The position numbers and the translations under genes are program-made. Under the pieces are notes generated by a model. That model did not search any database. It was not told the DNA's origin and saw nothing but the letters and a program-made list of their open reading frames with translations. Shown one piece after another: positions 12,481-26,377 of a stretch of DNA of 64,000 nt. The number at the start of each line of letters is the position of its first letter. The stretch's first letter is position 1. This DNA is from Eledone cirrhosa. Taxonomy: Eukaryota. The stretch is taken from positions 437,286,001-437,350,000 of the forward strand of contig OZ024740.1 in the NCBI GenBank assembly GCA_964016885.1. The letters run 5' to 3'.

Positions 12481-13166
12481 TATATCATAAATCATGTCTT
12501 TAGAATTATTAGATAAAATATATACCATTTCCTCTCCCAATCAGAATAATTAACCATATAAAAAATCAATTAGACCAAGCTATAAGAAACAAATAACCGA
12601 AAGTGGCCTCTTCGCGGTGGCCCCAATAGAGTATTTATCCAACATTTCGACAGCATGTAGAAACTGACTAAATATACCATCAACCATACACAATTAGGTG
12701 TAAATTCAAACTTAGAAGAAATGTGTACATACCGTAATTATATCTCTACCATGGTTTCATCCGTATTTTTAGACATCCAATTAATAGGAAATGCACAGAG
12801 TTCGGATTCATCAGGAGACAAACTCAAAATTAGACACTTAGTTTTCCAAAGTGATCGCGCCAAAGTCAGTTTCTACATGCTGTCGAAATGTTGGATAAAT
12901 ACTCTATTGGGGCCACCGCGAAGAGGCCACTTTCGGTTATTTGTCGGAGATTTCTTCATAAGAGCCTTTATTCTTATAGCTTGGTCTAATTGATTTTTTA
13001 TATGGTTAATTATGCTGATTGGGAGAGGAAATGGTATATATTTTATCTAATAATTCTAAAGACATGATTTATGATATATTGCTCTGATTATTTAATTTAT
13101 TCATTCTTCATAGAGCCACAAAGTGACCGGTTGCAACATACATAACTTTATGTATACGTAAACCTT

Positions 13167-13170
<4 letters not shown>
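12481..13170. mobile_element. PLE-like insert with ~190-215-bp inverted arms and a central HHR
   Basis: 12481-12669 is the reverse complement of 12864-13078 apart from a ~26-bp indel; tail to about 13170; (TA)n flanks. Confidence 0.75.
12741..12820 (-). ncRNA. Type I hammerhead ribozyme motif
   Basis: UGUCUC-CUGAUGA-AUCCG..CGGAU-GAAA-CCAUGG-UA-GAGAUA; palindromic CCAUGG. Confidence 0.82.
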
Positions 13171-13227
<57 letters not shown>

Positions 13228-13229
<2 letters not shown>

Positions 13230-13755
13230 AACCAGTAAGACCCCGACAGCTGAGCTCAAGCCGTTTCGACGGCTAATTCTGGACTAAATGAAAATTTATC
13301 CTGGTATTTAAATAGCCGATCTTCTCAAGGGGTAATTCCATATATGGTCAAAGTGATTGTCAAAAATCAGTAGTAATTCTGTGATTGCAAATTAGTAGGG
13401 GAGATGGTGGCTAAACCTGCCAGTAGGAGAAAGAGGGGAGGGGGTGGAGTAGACCCAATCAAGCGTTGGTAGTGCCAGCTACAGCTGGGCATGAGGTCAA
13501 AGAAGATACTGGGGAGGGGGAGGGGGAGGAAGTCGGAACGGTAGGTAGAACAATGGGGGGTAAAAATATAAATGAAAGAAAAAATACTGAGAGTGAAGAA
13601 AAGCGAATAAGTGTAAAGAAAAAAGTAAAGCAAGTTCTACGACCTAGGTCTCTAGCTATTGTTAGGCTAGAATAAATAAATAAAGAAAGAAAGAAAGAAG
13701 TAAAGAAATAAATAAAAAAATAACGAAATAAGTAGAAGAACTAGGTGGGACGGAA
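13228..13755 (-). mobile_element. Second pLTR arm of family GGAACCAGTA
   Basis: Copy of 10651-11185 at offset 2577. Confidence 0.75.
13240..13333 (-). ncRNA. Type I HHR motif with U3-A8 variant core
   Basis: Identical to 10663-10756. Confidence 0.72.
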
Positions 13756-14003
13756 TATATATATATATATATATATATATACGGATTAACAAATAATAGT
13801 TAAATGCAGTCCACTTAGGTGAAGTCCAGTTATGGTATTCCAGGTAGTGGATGATATTAACGCTTGGCTTGGTTTGACTCAACAAGGCGTTTTCATAGTG
13901 ATGCTGCGGGTATGCTGTAATTCCTATGTTGTAAACACTTGGAGAAATAATAAATCAGGAAAGAAGGTTTACATGGTTTGCTATACAAAAAAGTTTTTAA
14001 TCA

Positions 14004-14116
14004 CATAGCTTACATTTGTTTCACTGAACTGGTCTGTCTAGAGATCGCTATCCGCCTAATTTTGCGTCACTCGATCGCCAATACAGAATTATAACCAGTC
14101 AGATCTTCGGAGCATG
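14004..14116 (-). ncRNA. Type I HHR motif, U4C core (CCGAAGA), long branched stem II
   Basis: CAUGCU-CCGAAGA-U-CUGACUGGU..ACCAG(U)UCAG-U-GAAA-CAAAUG-UA-AGC(U)AUG. Confidence 0.68.
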
Positions 14117-14472
14117 CGAGAATGAAGAAAATACACAGGCAAGAAAAGAAAAGAAAATATGGAGTAGTTATGGCATTCAATTAGAACAATAACAACAACA
14201 ATTATTACAACAATGCTATCAATAAACTATTTAAGGAGACCCTGACATTACTTAGGTGGGGGGTATATAATGTATCTAATGTTACGGCGTGAAAATCAGC
14301 TGTCATAAGGCAAAAAGTATCGTAGTGTGTATCAATTTTAAATTATAAAGATAAGCTAGTTTTTACAGTCCTTCTCTTCATCTTCAACAGTATACATGAG
14401 TGGGACCACTGTCAAAGCTCAATAGTTGTAGAGTTAATACAGAGGTTAACGAATTAATATACGCATATATCT

Positions 14473-14581
<109 letters not shown>

Positions 14582-14907
14582 AATATATATACACATATAT
14601 GTGTACATAGACACATACATACACATCAATATACACTCGTACAAAAATATACATACATGCAAAGAGAAAAGCGTGCTAATTGTAGTTATGGCAAAAAGAA
14701 GGTAAAGTAACTGTAGTAGTGAAATGAGAAAAACTAGGATCTAGGATCAAATGATTGCAGCAGCTGAGAAGGAGTAAGATTGTTGGTAGATGAGGTATTT
14801 ACAGACAATTGTGTGGTATAGACTTGTGAAGGAAATAGTATACTTAATGAATATATTTCTGTGGGTAGTAGGTATCCTAATTTAAAGCTATATTATGTTG
14901 GTTCGAT

Positions 14908-17004
14908 TCACGGAGGTTTGAATCTTATGAATTTAGTGGCTATTCTATGTCTGCAGAAGATATATCTTTCTAACTTATTATTAAGTAGCCTTTTAACATT
15001 TCTAAGGATATACAATAGCTCAAGGTCACACAGCCCGCAATAGGACATCCCTGTACTATAGGTTTTAGCAGCCGACAACTTCGACCAGTTGATAGTGTAG
15101 CTAGCGTTGCTGTCCTTCAATTCCCATATTTTTCTGGCGAGGGTGGTGGAACCCATAAGTGCTCGATTTTTCATTGAGTGCCTGTGCACATACCATCTTT
15201 TCTTAAAAGAACCCGCGGTGGATCCTATGTAATTCCAGGTGGAGTTACCCGAGATGACAGTGCACATGTACACCAGGCTCGAATCGAGACATCTGTTCGC
15301 CAATGGGCACCTATCTGGGAGGTGACAGTTGCAGTTTGAGGCGCTATTTTGTGCAGCTTTTACATTCCTATTTAGTACCCTGTTATAAGTGGGTTATGAT
15401 ATATGCCCCATGGGGTTTTGCTGCTGCGCGTTTGTATGCGCTTGTGGTTGTGATGTTGTGATGAGTTTGTGCTTATGTATAGGTGCAATTGATTTACTTG
15501 AGATATTTCTGTGGTTGATCTTGCGTATGTGTGATTCTATGTTAGCTGCTGTTGAGAAAGAGAGTTTTATAGTAGATCTATTGAGTATTTTGTGATATCT
15601 ATGCGAGATAGGGAAGTGTTTATCTATTAGTTTAAAGAATGTAGAGGGCAGTCTAGTTTTTATAGAGGAGTTGAATATTGGGTTGAACCATAGGTATTTT
15701 CTTTGTCTGTTTCTTCTATTGTTTCTAGGGTTTACGTTATTAGTGTTTTGGCCGTTTACTCTAGGTGTTACATGTCTAACCCTATGTCTAGTCAAGCTAT
15801 TCCTATTATTATGTGAGCGGTTGGAGTAGAAATTACTAGGATTGTTTATGTTGTCCTTATTCACTATATACTGTAGTTTATCTTTATGACCGGCCCTACT
15901 TAATGCTGCATTATAATAGTCAGCATGCTCGTTAAAGATTTCTAGGTTTGAGGATAGGCGGGATATTCGGAGGGATATACTACGTGCTATGGATTTAATT
16001 ATGGATTTGGGGTGATTTGAGTTGTAACTAATGTAGGCAAGATTTTCATTATTTTTGTGGAAAGGTTCTATTAATCCAGTATTTAGATTTAGAGTTACAT
16101 CTAGAAAATTTACCTTCTTATGGTTTAGTTCGTAGGTAATACTTAGGCCTAGTTTTTTTAAGAATATTCTAATATTTTTCCTTAGTCTTTCCATGCTCTG
16201 GTTGTTTAGGTTCCTAGCTATAAGTAACGTGTCGTCCCTATAAATTCCTCCTTGGAGGTTACTGAATTCCTTATGTAGGTTGTGTGCTATGAATAGCCCC
16301 ACGATATCTGTAATTTGCGCAGAATCATTTGATCCCATTGTAATATCGAAGCTATTTATTCTATCCTTTCTTACCCAGTAGTTATTTTCAAATTTTACGA
16401 TAGTCCTTCTAGCCGCTATTATTATTTCAATTTCATCATGGGTAAGATTAGAGTTATTTTGGGCAAATATAAGCGCCTTATCTAGGGTAGCTGGGGATAT
16501 GGATGCATAATAGTCGTCTATATCAAATTGTATGAAGTTACACGTCTCCCTATTTTGTATTTTATTGAACCATTTAATTGCCTCGTTAGTGTTGCCCCAT
16601 AAATTGATTTCTAGTTTACCCTTTATTTGTGCGATTACCCTATCTAGAATGTTTTTGCTAATTTTACCTATGTCTGACTTGGATGGGCATATTAATCTAA
16701 TGGTGGGATTAGTTTCAAAGTTATTTTTGTGATCTTTGAGGTTAAATGTAGGGTTGCACGGGGTAAGCGGTTCGGTCCTATCTGAAATTCCGAGTTTATT
16801 AACTATCTTGAGGCCCTCCATGTTTATGCTGGTGAGTGTAGATTCATTAGTTTTTTTATATTTTTTATGTAGTTCACGCTGAATAAAGTTATTGTATGTG
16901 TTAATGTCCATAGAGTATACGTTTGATGTTTTTTCTGCTTTTACTATGATACCGTTAGTGTCTTTTAGTTTTTTAAGTAATGTATTTAAGTGTATTTTCT
17001 TCAT
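14908..17004 (-). pseudogene. PLE reverse transcriptase-GIY-YIG polyprotein with a single in-frame TAA at 15394-15396
   Basis: FDIDDYYASI, FDITMGS, IYRDD, NFLDV, SNHP; linker CNC..CP..C; LVY..YIGST; CGLC..CRH; the 536-aa and 131-aa ORFs share one frame. Confidence 0.92.
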
Positions 17005-17009
17005 TCTCG

Positions 17010-17122
17010 CATGCTCCGAAGATCTGACTGGTTATAATTCTGTATTGGCGATCGAGTGACGCAAAATTAGGCGGATAGCGATCTCTAGACAGACCAGTTC
17101 AGTGAAACAAATGTAAGCTATG
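17010..17122 (+). ncRNA. Type I HHR motif, U4C core (inverted pLTR copy)
   Basis: Reverse complement of 14004-14116. Confidence 0.68.
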
Positions 17123-17170
17123 TGATTAAAAACTTTTTTGTATAGCAAACCATGTAAACCTTCTTTCCTG

Positions 17171-17228
<58 letters not shown>

Positions 17229-17232
<4 letters not shown>

Positions 17233-17583
17233 TACAATAACAGAGATAGTTTAAAGCTAATCTCTGACTGGTAACCATCTCACTCAACAAACATTAGGTT
17301 ATATTTTAATATAAACCCAATTTAAGTGTTTGGGGTGCTAACGATATGTATTATGTGGAAAAGCCAGTTGTATTATTTTATGAAATATAATTAAAGTTAA
17401 AATATATCTCTCATTCCAAACAATTGTTTCATTATAAGTTTTCTACAAATTCGGAGAATATTTCCAGTTTATGTAGAAGCCTAATATACATTCATGTAAG
17501 AATATATTTAGGTGGGTGCTTATAAATCATCAGTGGAAGCCCATTAAACTTTGATATAAGAAAAACATTTCTTACCACAGTTA
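17229..17583 (-). mobile_element. pLTR-like insert; second copy at 23769-24328
   Basis: Two diverged copies, both abutting (TA)n; contains an HHR. Confidence 0.7.
17414..17538 (-). ncRNA. Type I HHR motif with ~95-nt stem II domain
   Basis: UUCCA-CUGAUGA-U-UUAUAAG..CUUAUAA-U-GAAA-CAAUUG-UU-UGGAA. Confidence 0.75.
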
Positions 17584-17723
17584 AAAATCGTGTCTGTTAA
17601 GTTGCTCCTTTCCGCATCGAACGACCGGCAAATTTGAAATTCCAGCAGTTTTTGACTGAGGAAGTATTATAGCGTCACTAAGCGGGAAGGGGAGACAACT
17701 ACGATCCACGAAAGGAGGAAAAA

Positions 17724-17768
<45 letters not shown>

Positions 17769-17956
17769 TATATATATATATATTTGTATATATATATATA
17801 TTTTTATTTTTATTTTTATTTTTGTTTTTATTTTACTCTTTTCTTATTTTACTCCTTTTACTTTACTCTTTAAACTCCTCCCAACTTATGGTATCCCCAC
17901 ATATATTCTTCTGTTTTGGCTTTGTCAATGCTTGTATACTATGTATTTACTCTTTA

Positions 17957-18002
17957 TGCTCTGAAGAGTCCCACTTCTAGTGTGGACGAAACACTGTTAG
18001 CA
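17957..18002 (+). ncRNA. Canonical minimal type I hammerhead ribozyme motif
   Basis: UGCU-CUGAAGA-GUCC-CAC..GUG(U)-GGAC-GAAA-CACUG-UU-AGCA, inside a pyrimidine-rich insert (about 17800-18046) between TA arrays. Confidence 0.85.
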
Positions 18003-18412
18003 ATTAAAGATATACCTATGTTCTAAGCGCTCTTTGTTGTTAATTGTATATTTGTATATATATATATATATTTGTATATATATATATATATTTGTATATA
18101 TATATATATTTGTATATATATATATATGTATATATATATATGTGTATATATATATATATATGTGTGTATATATATGTATATATATGTATATATATGTATA
18201 TATATATGTGTGTGTATATGTATATATATATATATGTGTATATATGTATATATATATATATATGTGTATATATGTATATATATATATGTATATATATATG
18301 TGTATATATGTATATATATATATATGTATATATATATGTGTATATATATATATGTATATATGTATATATATATATATGTACATATGTATATATATATATA
18401 TATGTATATATG

Positions 18413-18503
<91 letters not shown>

Positions 18504-18506
18504 TTA

Positions 18507-19464
18507 TCTATAAAAGGCAGATTGTTGTTGTGGTTGTGTGTGTGCATGTTCCATGTTTATACATTTGCATAATTTCAAACCGATTCGACTCAAAGTCTGT
18601 AAGAATTGTGTAAATGGTCTAACGTAGATCAACGACTATTTATTTCATTTACACTCACCCACAATTACGGAAATAATCGATAAAACTAAATACATGACGC
18701 TTTACCCCTCTAATACAATCATATCCTCTCACTACTCCCCTTAAACTTTAAGAGAGAGAGAGGGAGAGAGAGAGAGAACGTTTGTTTTTGAATGTGGAAT
18801 GGTCAAACATTTATTTACTTCAAGGACAAAGAGAACTTATTACATTTCATACGAAACAACAATTATTCAAAAGCAACAGATAAATTTATTCAACAACAAA
18901 AAAAATAGCGATAAATCTTTTTTAAAACATCTATCAACGAACGTGGTAGAAAGAAGTATCAGTTCATTTACTATACACATTAATATCCTCTATGAGGTCA
19001 CTAAACCTGCTAGAAACAGCAGCTAACTCTCCCCCATATCACACCACTCCCTACTGTCTTAAATTTAGAAAACATATCCTCTATGAGGTCAATAAAGCTG
19101 CTAGAAACAGCAACTAACTCTCCCCCATATCACACCCCTCCCTACTGTCTTAAATTTAGAAAACACACATTAGACAACCACGCAGAACAACTCCCTCGCA
19201 GCTCTGTTGTTCGGCTGGCATCGTCTACGCGCGTGTTGCGCAAGTACGGTGAAACAATAAATTTCAACACTTCTTTGCACAGAGATAATATCGATAGGCG
19301 AAACTACAATTGTCACTGCTGGCGCAGCTCCTGCTTCGGCAGTCCAGGTCTGCAATTCATTCACCCAGTGCCTGGCAGACAAAAAAAGTGCTGCCATAAA
19401 ATGGGTGGTGCAACCTAACTTTGGTAACTTACTGACCCCGAGCAACGCCGGGCTTTAATGCTAG
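18507..19464 (+). mobile_element. Non-autonomous Helitron
   Basis: A|TC start; 3' hairpin CCCGAGCAACGCCGGG then CTAG|T; no TSD; internal ~90-bp tandem duplication; second copy at 26609-27200. Confidence 0.8.
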
Positions 19465-19482
19465 TATATATATATATATGTA

Positions 19483-20490
19483 TACTAGACATGAAAAATG
19501 CGCAAGCTCAAAAGTGCCACAGAATGTTATAATAAACCTTCAAAATTGTGGGACTAGAGTTGTTGCTAAAAAATATATTGTAATCATTATATATCGTACA
19601 TTCTGTGGCATCCTTTATAAAAATAGCTTAAACCAACGAAGCCTTTATTTTTACGCTATTTCACTTAGTTAATTCTTAGAGTGTAACATATAAAAATATG
19701 ATTTACAACTATAAAATAAATTAATTAATATAATAACAGAGCTGCGGAGCTGAAATTTAGGAAATAATGGAGTATCGGATCCTGAGTTGGAGCCAGTCAA
19801 TTTTTGGCCGACTCCGCAGCCCTGTATAATACATTTCATATTAAAGTTATTAATAAACCTATTTTACACTTCATGCAAATTACCACGAGATATTGATATT
19901 AGATATAAGATACAGCGCAATATCTACAGCTGTAAAAGTACGAAAGCGAAGTAATAATAAGTGGCTTAAGGTAATTCCAATATGAAAGTTTGTAGTGATA
20001 AAAATTTGATAATGCAATACGATTGTTAATATTATAGTTCTATGAAAATGTAACAATAGATAACTAAATTATTTTACTATTAGTATATTTAAGAAATTAT
20101 CATTATAGATTTGATCGTTCATATAAGCATCATATTAAGTTTCAACACAATTATTTTGTTACTATGAGTATATGATAATAATATTACGTAATTATTTATA
20201 GCTGTTATTACATTAAACATAGATGTATTTATTTTTATATGTTACACTCTAAGAATTAACTAAGTGAAATAGCGTAAAAATAAAGGCTTCGTTGGTTTAA
20301 GCTATTTTTATAAAGGATGCCACAGAATGTACGATATATAATGCTTACAATATTTTTTAGCAACAACTCTAGTCCCACACTTTTGAAGGTTTATTATAAC
20401 ATTCTGTGGCACTTTTGAGCTTGCGCATTTTTCATGTCTAGTTTAATATTTTTTTAAGGCAACGCTTGTAATAACTCTAGTTAAACAGGA
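19483..20490. repeat. Element with ~215-bp inverted arms (19483-19698 / 20231-20443)
   Basis: Arms are reverse complements; starts at a (TA)n edge; short tail beyond the right arm. Confidence 0.8.
19737..19824. mobile_element. 88-bp hAT-type MITE
   Basis: TIRs CAGAGCTGCGGAG / CTCCGCAGCCCTG; 8-bp TSD TATAATAA / TATAATAC. Confidence 0.7.
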
Positions 20491-21035
20491 TATATATTAA
20501 TAATAAATTATCGTTGTAATGTAATTAGATTATGTAATTGTTATTATAAATTATCTTATAAATATTAGTGTAAGATGTATAAAAATATTTTCAGACTTTT
20601 AATATAAACAACTACAAAAAACAATCAATATTAAATCAATATATTATACATAATAGAAAACATAAAATATACAATACAAAAACAAAATATTTACATACAA
20701 TTGCAATTATCAGTGTATATACATTTTCTTTATATTCCCTGAGCAAATTAATAAGATTTGTTTTTATTGTACATAATTTGATGACTTGTTGGAGTGTATT
20801 AAAAGATAGCAACAATTTGTGATTAAATTGTTATCTTAAGCAACTCACTTTTTAATAGTTGTTGGCTGAGCGAAATTGTAAAAGCCTATGAGCAAATATA
20901 AAAAAAAATACACAAACAACATTTCCTTGTGTTATTACAACATTAGATAAAATAATTGAGCAATGTCGTTATATTTTGCTCTTATTGCACATTAATAGTG
21001 TTTCTATTTTTCGGCACAAATCCATTACGGCAGTC

Positions 21036-21162
21036 CATTACTGGTACTTTATTTTATCGAATTAGTAAGTATGAAAGTCGAAGTTAACCTCGGCAGGATT
21101 TGAACTTAGAATGCAAAGGACCATAACAATACTGCAAAGCATGGTGTCTGACGCTCTACCAA
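21036..21162 (-). mobile_element. tRNA-derived SINE fragment
   Basis: Homologous to 23988-24176; further fragments at about 21997-22045 and 36038-36137. Confidence 0.7.
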
Positions 21163-23044
21163 TACTTGTGTTGAGCTGGTCATTAATTTATGGTGGTCGT
21201 GCGTGGAGTAGAGCAATCGCTAGTTGAAATATTATGAACAAAACATTTTTATTTGCCGAAGAACATATTTTCAATACTGTTTGTGAATGTGACGAAGGAA
21301 ATACATTCTGATATGGAACAGTGTACAAAGTGTGTCTGTGAATAACATAATGTTACCTCATGTTGTTGTCAAGACATAATGGATTTCGTATATCCAGTTA
21401 GAAGATGAAACCTAGCCATCTCGGATTAGTTATATTTCATGCCATGTGTAAACGTGTTTGAGGATAGCAAAATATGCGCGTTAATTATAATAATTAGTTA
21501 ATAATATTACAAAATATACCTAATTAAACTCTTTGCTTGAAATTTTATCATTCTTCGTTTATATATATATATATAGAGAGAGAGAGAGGGAGAGAGAGAG
21601 AGAGAGAGAGGGGGAGAGAGAGAGAGAGAGAGATTTATCTAGTCCTTCGCTCAAGATTAATCTATAAGTTTAGATGTTTGCCTTCGTTTAAGTAAATATT
21701 ACAGTAAGATTTTTAATATAAACAACTACAAAAAACAATTAATATTAAAACGAAAAAATTATCAATGATAAAAGAAGCGGATGCAACTTTTTTTTTTATA
21801 AAGTTATATTCCTGTTTCTTTAAAGAACATTTCATTTTTGTTCTATTGTAGGCGAAATAATGCAATGGTTTAATAGGGAAGATATAACTTACGAATTATG
21901 TCTCTAACCGTGTAACGCTTTTTAAGTAGATAACTACAATTGAAAATACTAAAGAAATGGAACCAACAATTCAATTTGAAAGTCGTCTAGTCACAGTGTA
22001 TTACTGGTACTTTATTTTATCGACCCCGTAACGATGAAAGGCAAAAATGCAAATGCTTAAAATTTAAATTGCCTTAATTCTATCGTCTGCTGTTTCATTA
22101 AAGGGAGATTCTCGTCTGTATTTAATTCTATCGTCTACTGTTCCACTAAACAGATATACCTCCACTATCGTCTCTATTTATACATTTTAACTTATAACTT
22201 ATACACATTTGATTTGAAATATTCTATCTAGTCCCCCCTCTCAATATTATGATGATTTCTTTCGAATGAAACAGTTCTAGTCCTGTAGAAGCCATTTATA
22301 TATATAATTGAACTGAGTTAAAAATTCACAATATTTATAATTAAATAAGCTCATATATATATGTGTGTATTTATCTGTTTATTGTATTATATATAATGTG
22401 TGTATATACAGGATGTCCCCCCAAAATATATACACACTTCAACAGCATTCTAATAACTATTGCCTGTACAGGTAATCAAAGTGTCAATCGAATGTTAGTT
22501 TCGTGTTTTAACAGTACAAATTTACAATACACACATTAAACCAGTGTATATACATACATGAGTGTGTATACACATACATGAATGTGTATATACAATATAT
22601 ATGTATATATATATAGACACATATATTCACGGTGCAACGGTACATTAAAATATAGATGCGGGAGAGGGGGGGTGTATATATAGGGGCGCTGGGGATAAAG
22701 GAGTGTAAAGCGTGTGTAATTGATATATTGAAGGAGAGGAGCGTGCAGCGATAGAGTAACAAATATATAGAGAGGGGGAGAGATGCTATTGAAGGGGAGG
22801 AGTGCAAAGCGAAAGAGTAAGAGATATATATAGAGACGGAACAGATAGAGAGAAACAGGCGTAAGTAACAGTGGAAGAGATATAGAGAGAGGTACTCTGA
22901 TTGGTTGAAAATTAGCCAATGACATACGATCACCACCACCACGGCTATCCCCGAAAAATTTTTAAAGAAGCTAGGCATATATGTTAGAACACGAAAAGTG
23001 AACATTCTGTTGTTTCACACTTTTCGTGTTCTAACAGATATATA

Positions 23045-23234
<190 letters not shown>

Positions 23235-23292
23235 TATATATATATATATGTACATATATATATATATATATGTACATATATATATATATATA

Positions 23293-23342
<50 letters not shown>

Positions 23343-23369
23343 TTATAGTATATATATATATTATATATG

Positions 23370-23734
<365 letters not shown>

Positions 23735-23735
23735 C

Positions 23736-23768
<33 letters not shown>

Positions 23769-23772
<4 letters not shown>

Positions 23773-24328
23773 ATACAATAACAGAGAAAGCTTTAAGCTA
23801 AACTCTGACTGGTAACCATCTCACTCAACAAACATTAGGGTATACGTTAGTATAATCCCAATTTTATGTTTGGGGTGCTAACTATATGTATTTTGTGGAA
23901 AGCCAGTTGTATTATTTTATATGAGATATAATCAAAATTAAAATATATCTCTCTTTCCAAACAATTGTTTCATTATAAGTTTTCTACTATAGGGTGGTGG
24001 ATTGGCAGTATCGGTAGAGGGTCGGACGCCATGCTTTCCAGCATAGTTACGTCCCTTTACGATCTGAGTTCAAATCCCGCCGAGGTTGACTTTGCCTTTC
24101 ATCCTTACGGGGTCGATAAAATAAAGTACCAGTAATGCACTGGTTAATTGCTGGCCTTGTGCCTAAAGTAGAAACAATTATAAGTTTTCTACAAGTTGGG
24201 AGAATGTTTCCAGTTTATGTAGAAGCCTGACATATTTTTCTGTAAGAATATATGTAGGTGGGCATTTATAAATCATCAGTGGATGCCCATTAAACTTTGA
24301 TATAAGAAAAAATTTCTTACCGCAGTTA
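23769..24328 (-). mobile_element. pLTR-like insert whose HHR (23955-24284) is interrupted by a SINE
   Basis: Colinear with 17229-17583 apart from the SINE and its TSD. Confidence 0.75.
23988..24176 (+). mobile_element. Full-length tRNA-derived SINE (Meta-domain-like central region)
   Basis: A box TGGCAGTATCGG, B box GAGTTCAAATCC, GCCTTTCATCCTTACGGGGTCGATAAAATAAAGTACCAG core; 16-bp TSD ATTATAAGTTTTCTAC at 23972-23987 and 24177-24192. Confidence 0.88.
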
Positions 24329-24356
24329 TATATATATGTGTGTATATATATATATA

Positions 24357-24397
<41 letters not shown>

Positions 24398-24411
24398 ATA
24401 TATATATTTAT

Positions 24412-24477
<66 letters not shown>

Positions 24478-24495
24478 GTGTATATATATATATAT

Positions 24496-24538
<43 letters not shown>

Positions 24539-24610
24539 CGTGTATATATATATATATATATTCACACACACATATATATATGTGTGTATATATATATATA
24601 CACACATATA

Positions 24611-24667
<57 letters not shown>

Positions 24668-24848
24668 ATATATATATATATACACATATATATATATACA
24701 CAGATATATATATATGTGTGTATATATGTGTATATATATATATATATATGTGTGTATATATATATATATGTGTGTATATATATATATATGTGTGTGTATA
24801 TATATATATGTGTGTGTATATATATATATATGTGTGTGTATATATATA

Positions 24849-24899
<51 letters not shown>

Positions 24900-25042
24900 T
24901 TATATATATATATATATATATATGTGTATATATATATATATATATGTGTGTGTATATTTAGGTAAGTTATTCCGGGTTGAATCAGAGGTAACCACAGTAA
25001 GTAAGGTACTCAATACATAGTATAAAAGTTGTAATATAGATG

Positions 25043-25093
25043 AGATTCTACAGGACTAGAACTGTTTCATTCTTTAGAAATCATCAGGAATCT
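25043..25093 (-). ncRNA. Type I hammerhead ribozyme motif in a pLTR-like insert (about 24957-25510)
   Basis: AGAUUC-CUGAUGA-U-UUC-UAAA-GAA-U-GAAA-CAG..CUG-UA-GAAUCU; degenerate relative at 22244-22290 (+). Confidence 0.8.
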
Positions 25094-25518
25094 GGCTTTA
25101 ATAATAAATGTTGGGGTATTTATATCTTTTCAGATGGTAGAAGAGGGTGGGGGAGTCGGATGGGTGGAGGTCATTGGTTGAAAGAAAAGGGAATTCATTA
25201 AAAGCTAATTCTTTAAGGCTATACTTTATATTTAGAGTGACAAAGGCAGAAAGAATTCTATAAATAAGTTCAGGATGGGTGCCACTCCTTATTTTTAAGT
25301 TTCTCTTAAGCTAACAATGCCTATATTTCAGGTTCTATAAGATGGTTGGGGTTCGGTCATGGTTGATGGATTTAAAGAAAAGGAAATTTCTTTAAAAGCT
25401 CTACTTAGAGTGACAAAGGCCAAGAGAATTCTATAAACCAGTTCAAATTGGGGTGGCTATCATATCATTATTGTCATGTTTCTCTTAAGCTAATTTTCCA
25501 GGTGTCAACAGACACATT

Positions 25519-25631
<113 letters not shown>

Positions 25632-25879
25632 AATATAAATTAGCGAGAATCGTATTTCGGCTTTGGAAATTAGCGAAAAACAATTTCCGAGATGTGTGGC
25701 AAGCGCTCAATAATTCTAACGAACCAGAGCTACAACATACGTTACAAGGCCAAACACACTGAGACGATGGTTAAACCATTATCCGTACAGCCATAGAAAC
25801 GACCAAGTAATTCGGGTCAAACAAATAAAAAAAATATGATTGAATATATACAGATATATATATATATACACACACACAT

Positions 25880-25903
<24 letters not shown>

Positions 25904-25910
<7 letters not shown>

Positions 25911-26231
25911 GTGAGGTTTTTTTTACAAAATGAAAAATAACCGAGGTGTCCTACACGAGTAAAAGTATAAAGAAAAAAAGATGAAATCGAAAATGCAACT
26001 GGAGTCTTATTTTTAAAATATATATATATATTTATTTGGTTCCTTTACCGGTTTCGCAGTTCTTCTGCTTTTCAAAAGTAGAGTTGAGATGGAGAAAAAC
26101 CACAGATCCTCCATCTCAACTGTACTTTTGAAAAACAGAAGAACTGCGAAACCGGTAAAGGAACCAAATAAATATATATATATATTTTTTTAAATAAGAC
26201 TCCAGTTGCATTTTCGATTTCATCTTTTTTT

Positions 26232-26236
<5 letters not shown>
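25904..26236 (-). mobile_element. Miniature palindromic PLE-type insert (tail, pLTR, inverted pLTR)
   Basis: Arms about 25964-26094 / 26109-26236; sister copy at 27987-28291. Confidence 0.8.
26043..26078 (-). ncRNA. Minimal HHR motif with U3-A8 core (inverted copy at 26125-26160 +)
   Basis: CUU-UUGAAAA-GCAG-AAGAA-CUGC-GAAA-CCGG-UA-AAG; stem I only 3 bp. Confidence 0.62.
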
Positions 26237-26306
<70 letters not shown>

Positions 26307-26341
26307 TTAGAGCAAAAATCACGAGCACTATCTCAAAATTA

Positions 26342-26377
26342 TTTTTGAAAAGCATTAGAAATGCGCAACCGGTAAAA
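26342..26377 (+). ncRNA. Degenerate minimal HHR motif with U3-A8 core
   Basis: UUU-UUGAAAA-GCAUU-AGA-AAUGC-GCAA-CCGG-UA-AAA; stems covary with the 26043 family; GAAA changed to GCAA. Confidence 0.5.

Noticed and set aside
15394-15396. In-frame stop as selenocysteine recoding
   Set aside because: The codon is TAA, not TGA, and lies in a low-complexity linker; the same applies to the TAA at 8767
23988-24085. tRNA gene
   Set aside because: A and B boxes are present but run into a SINE body with TSD and multiple copies; no complete cloverleaf
25755-25825. CTGAGACGA-TGGTT..AGCCAT-A-GAAAC, hammerhead-like
   Set aside because: Core spacing is wrong and I found no consistent stem I or UH site
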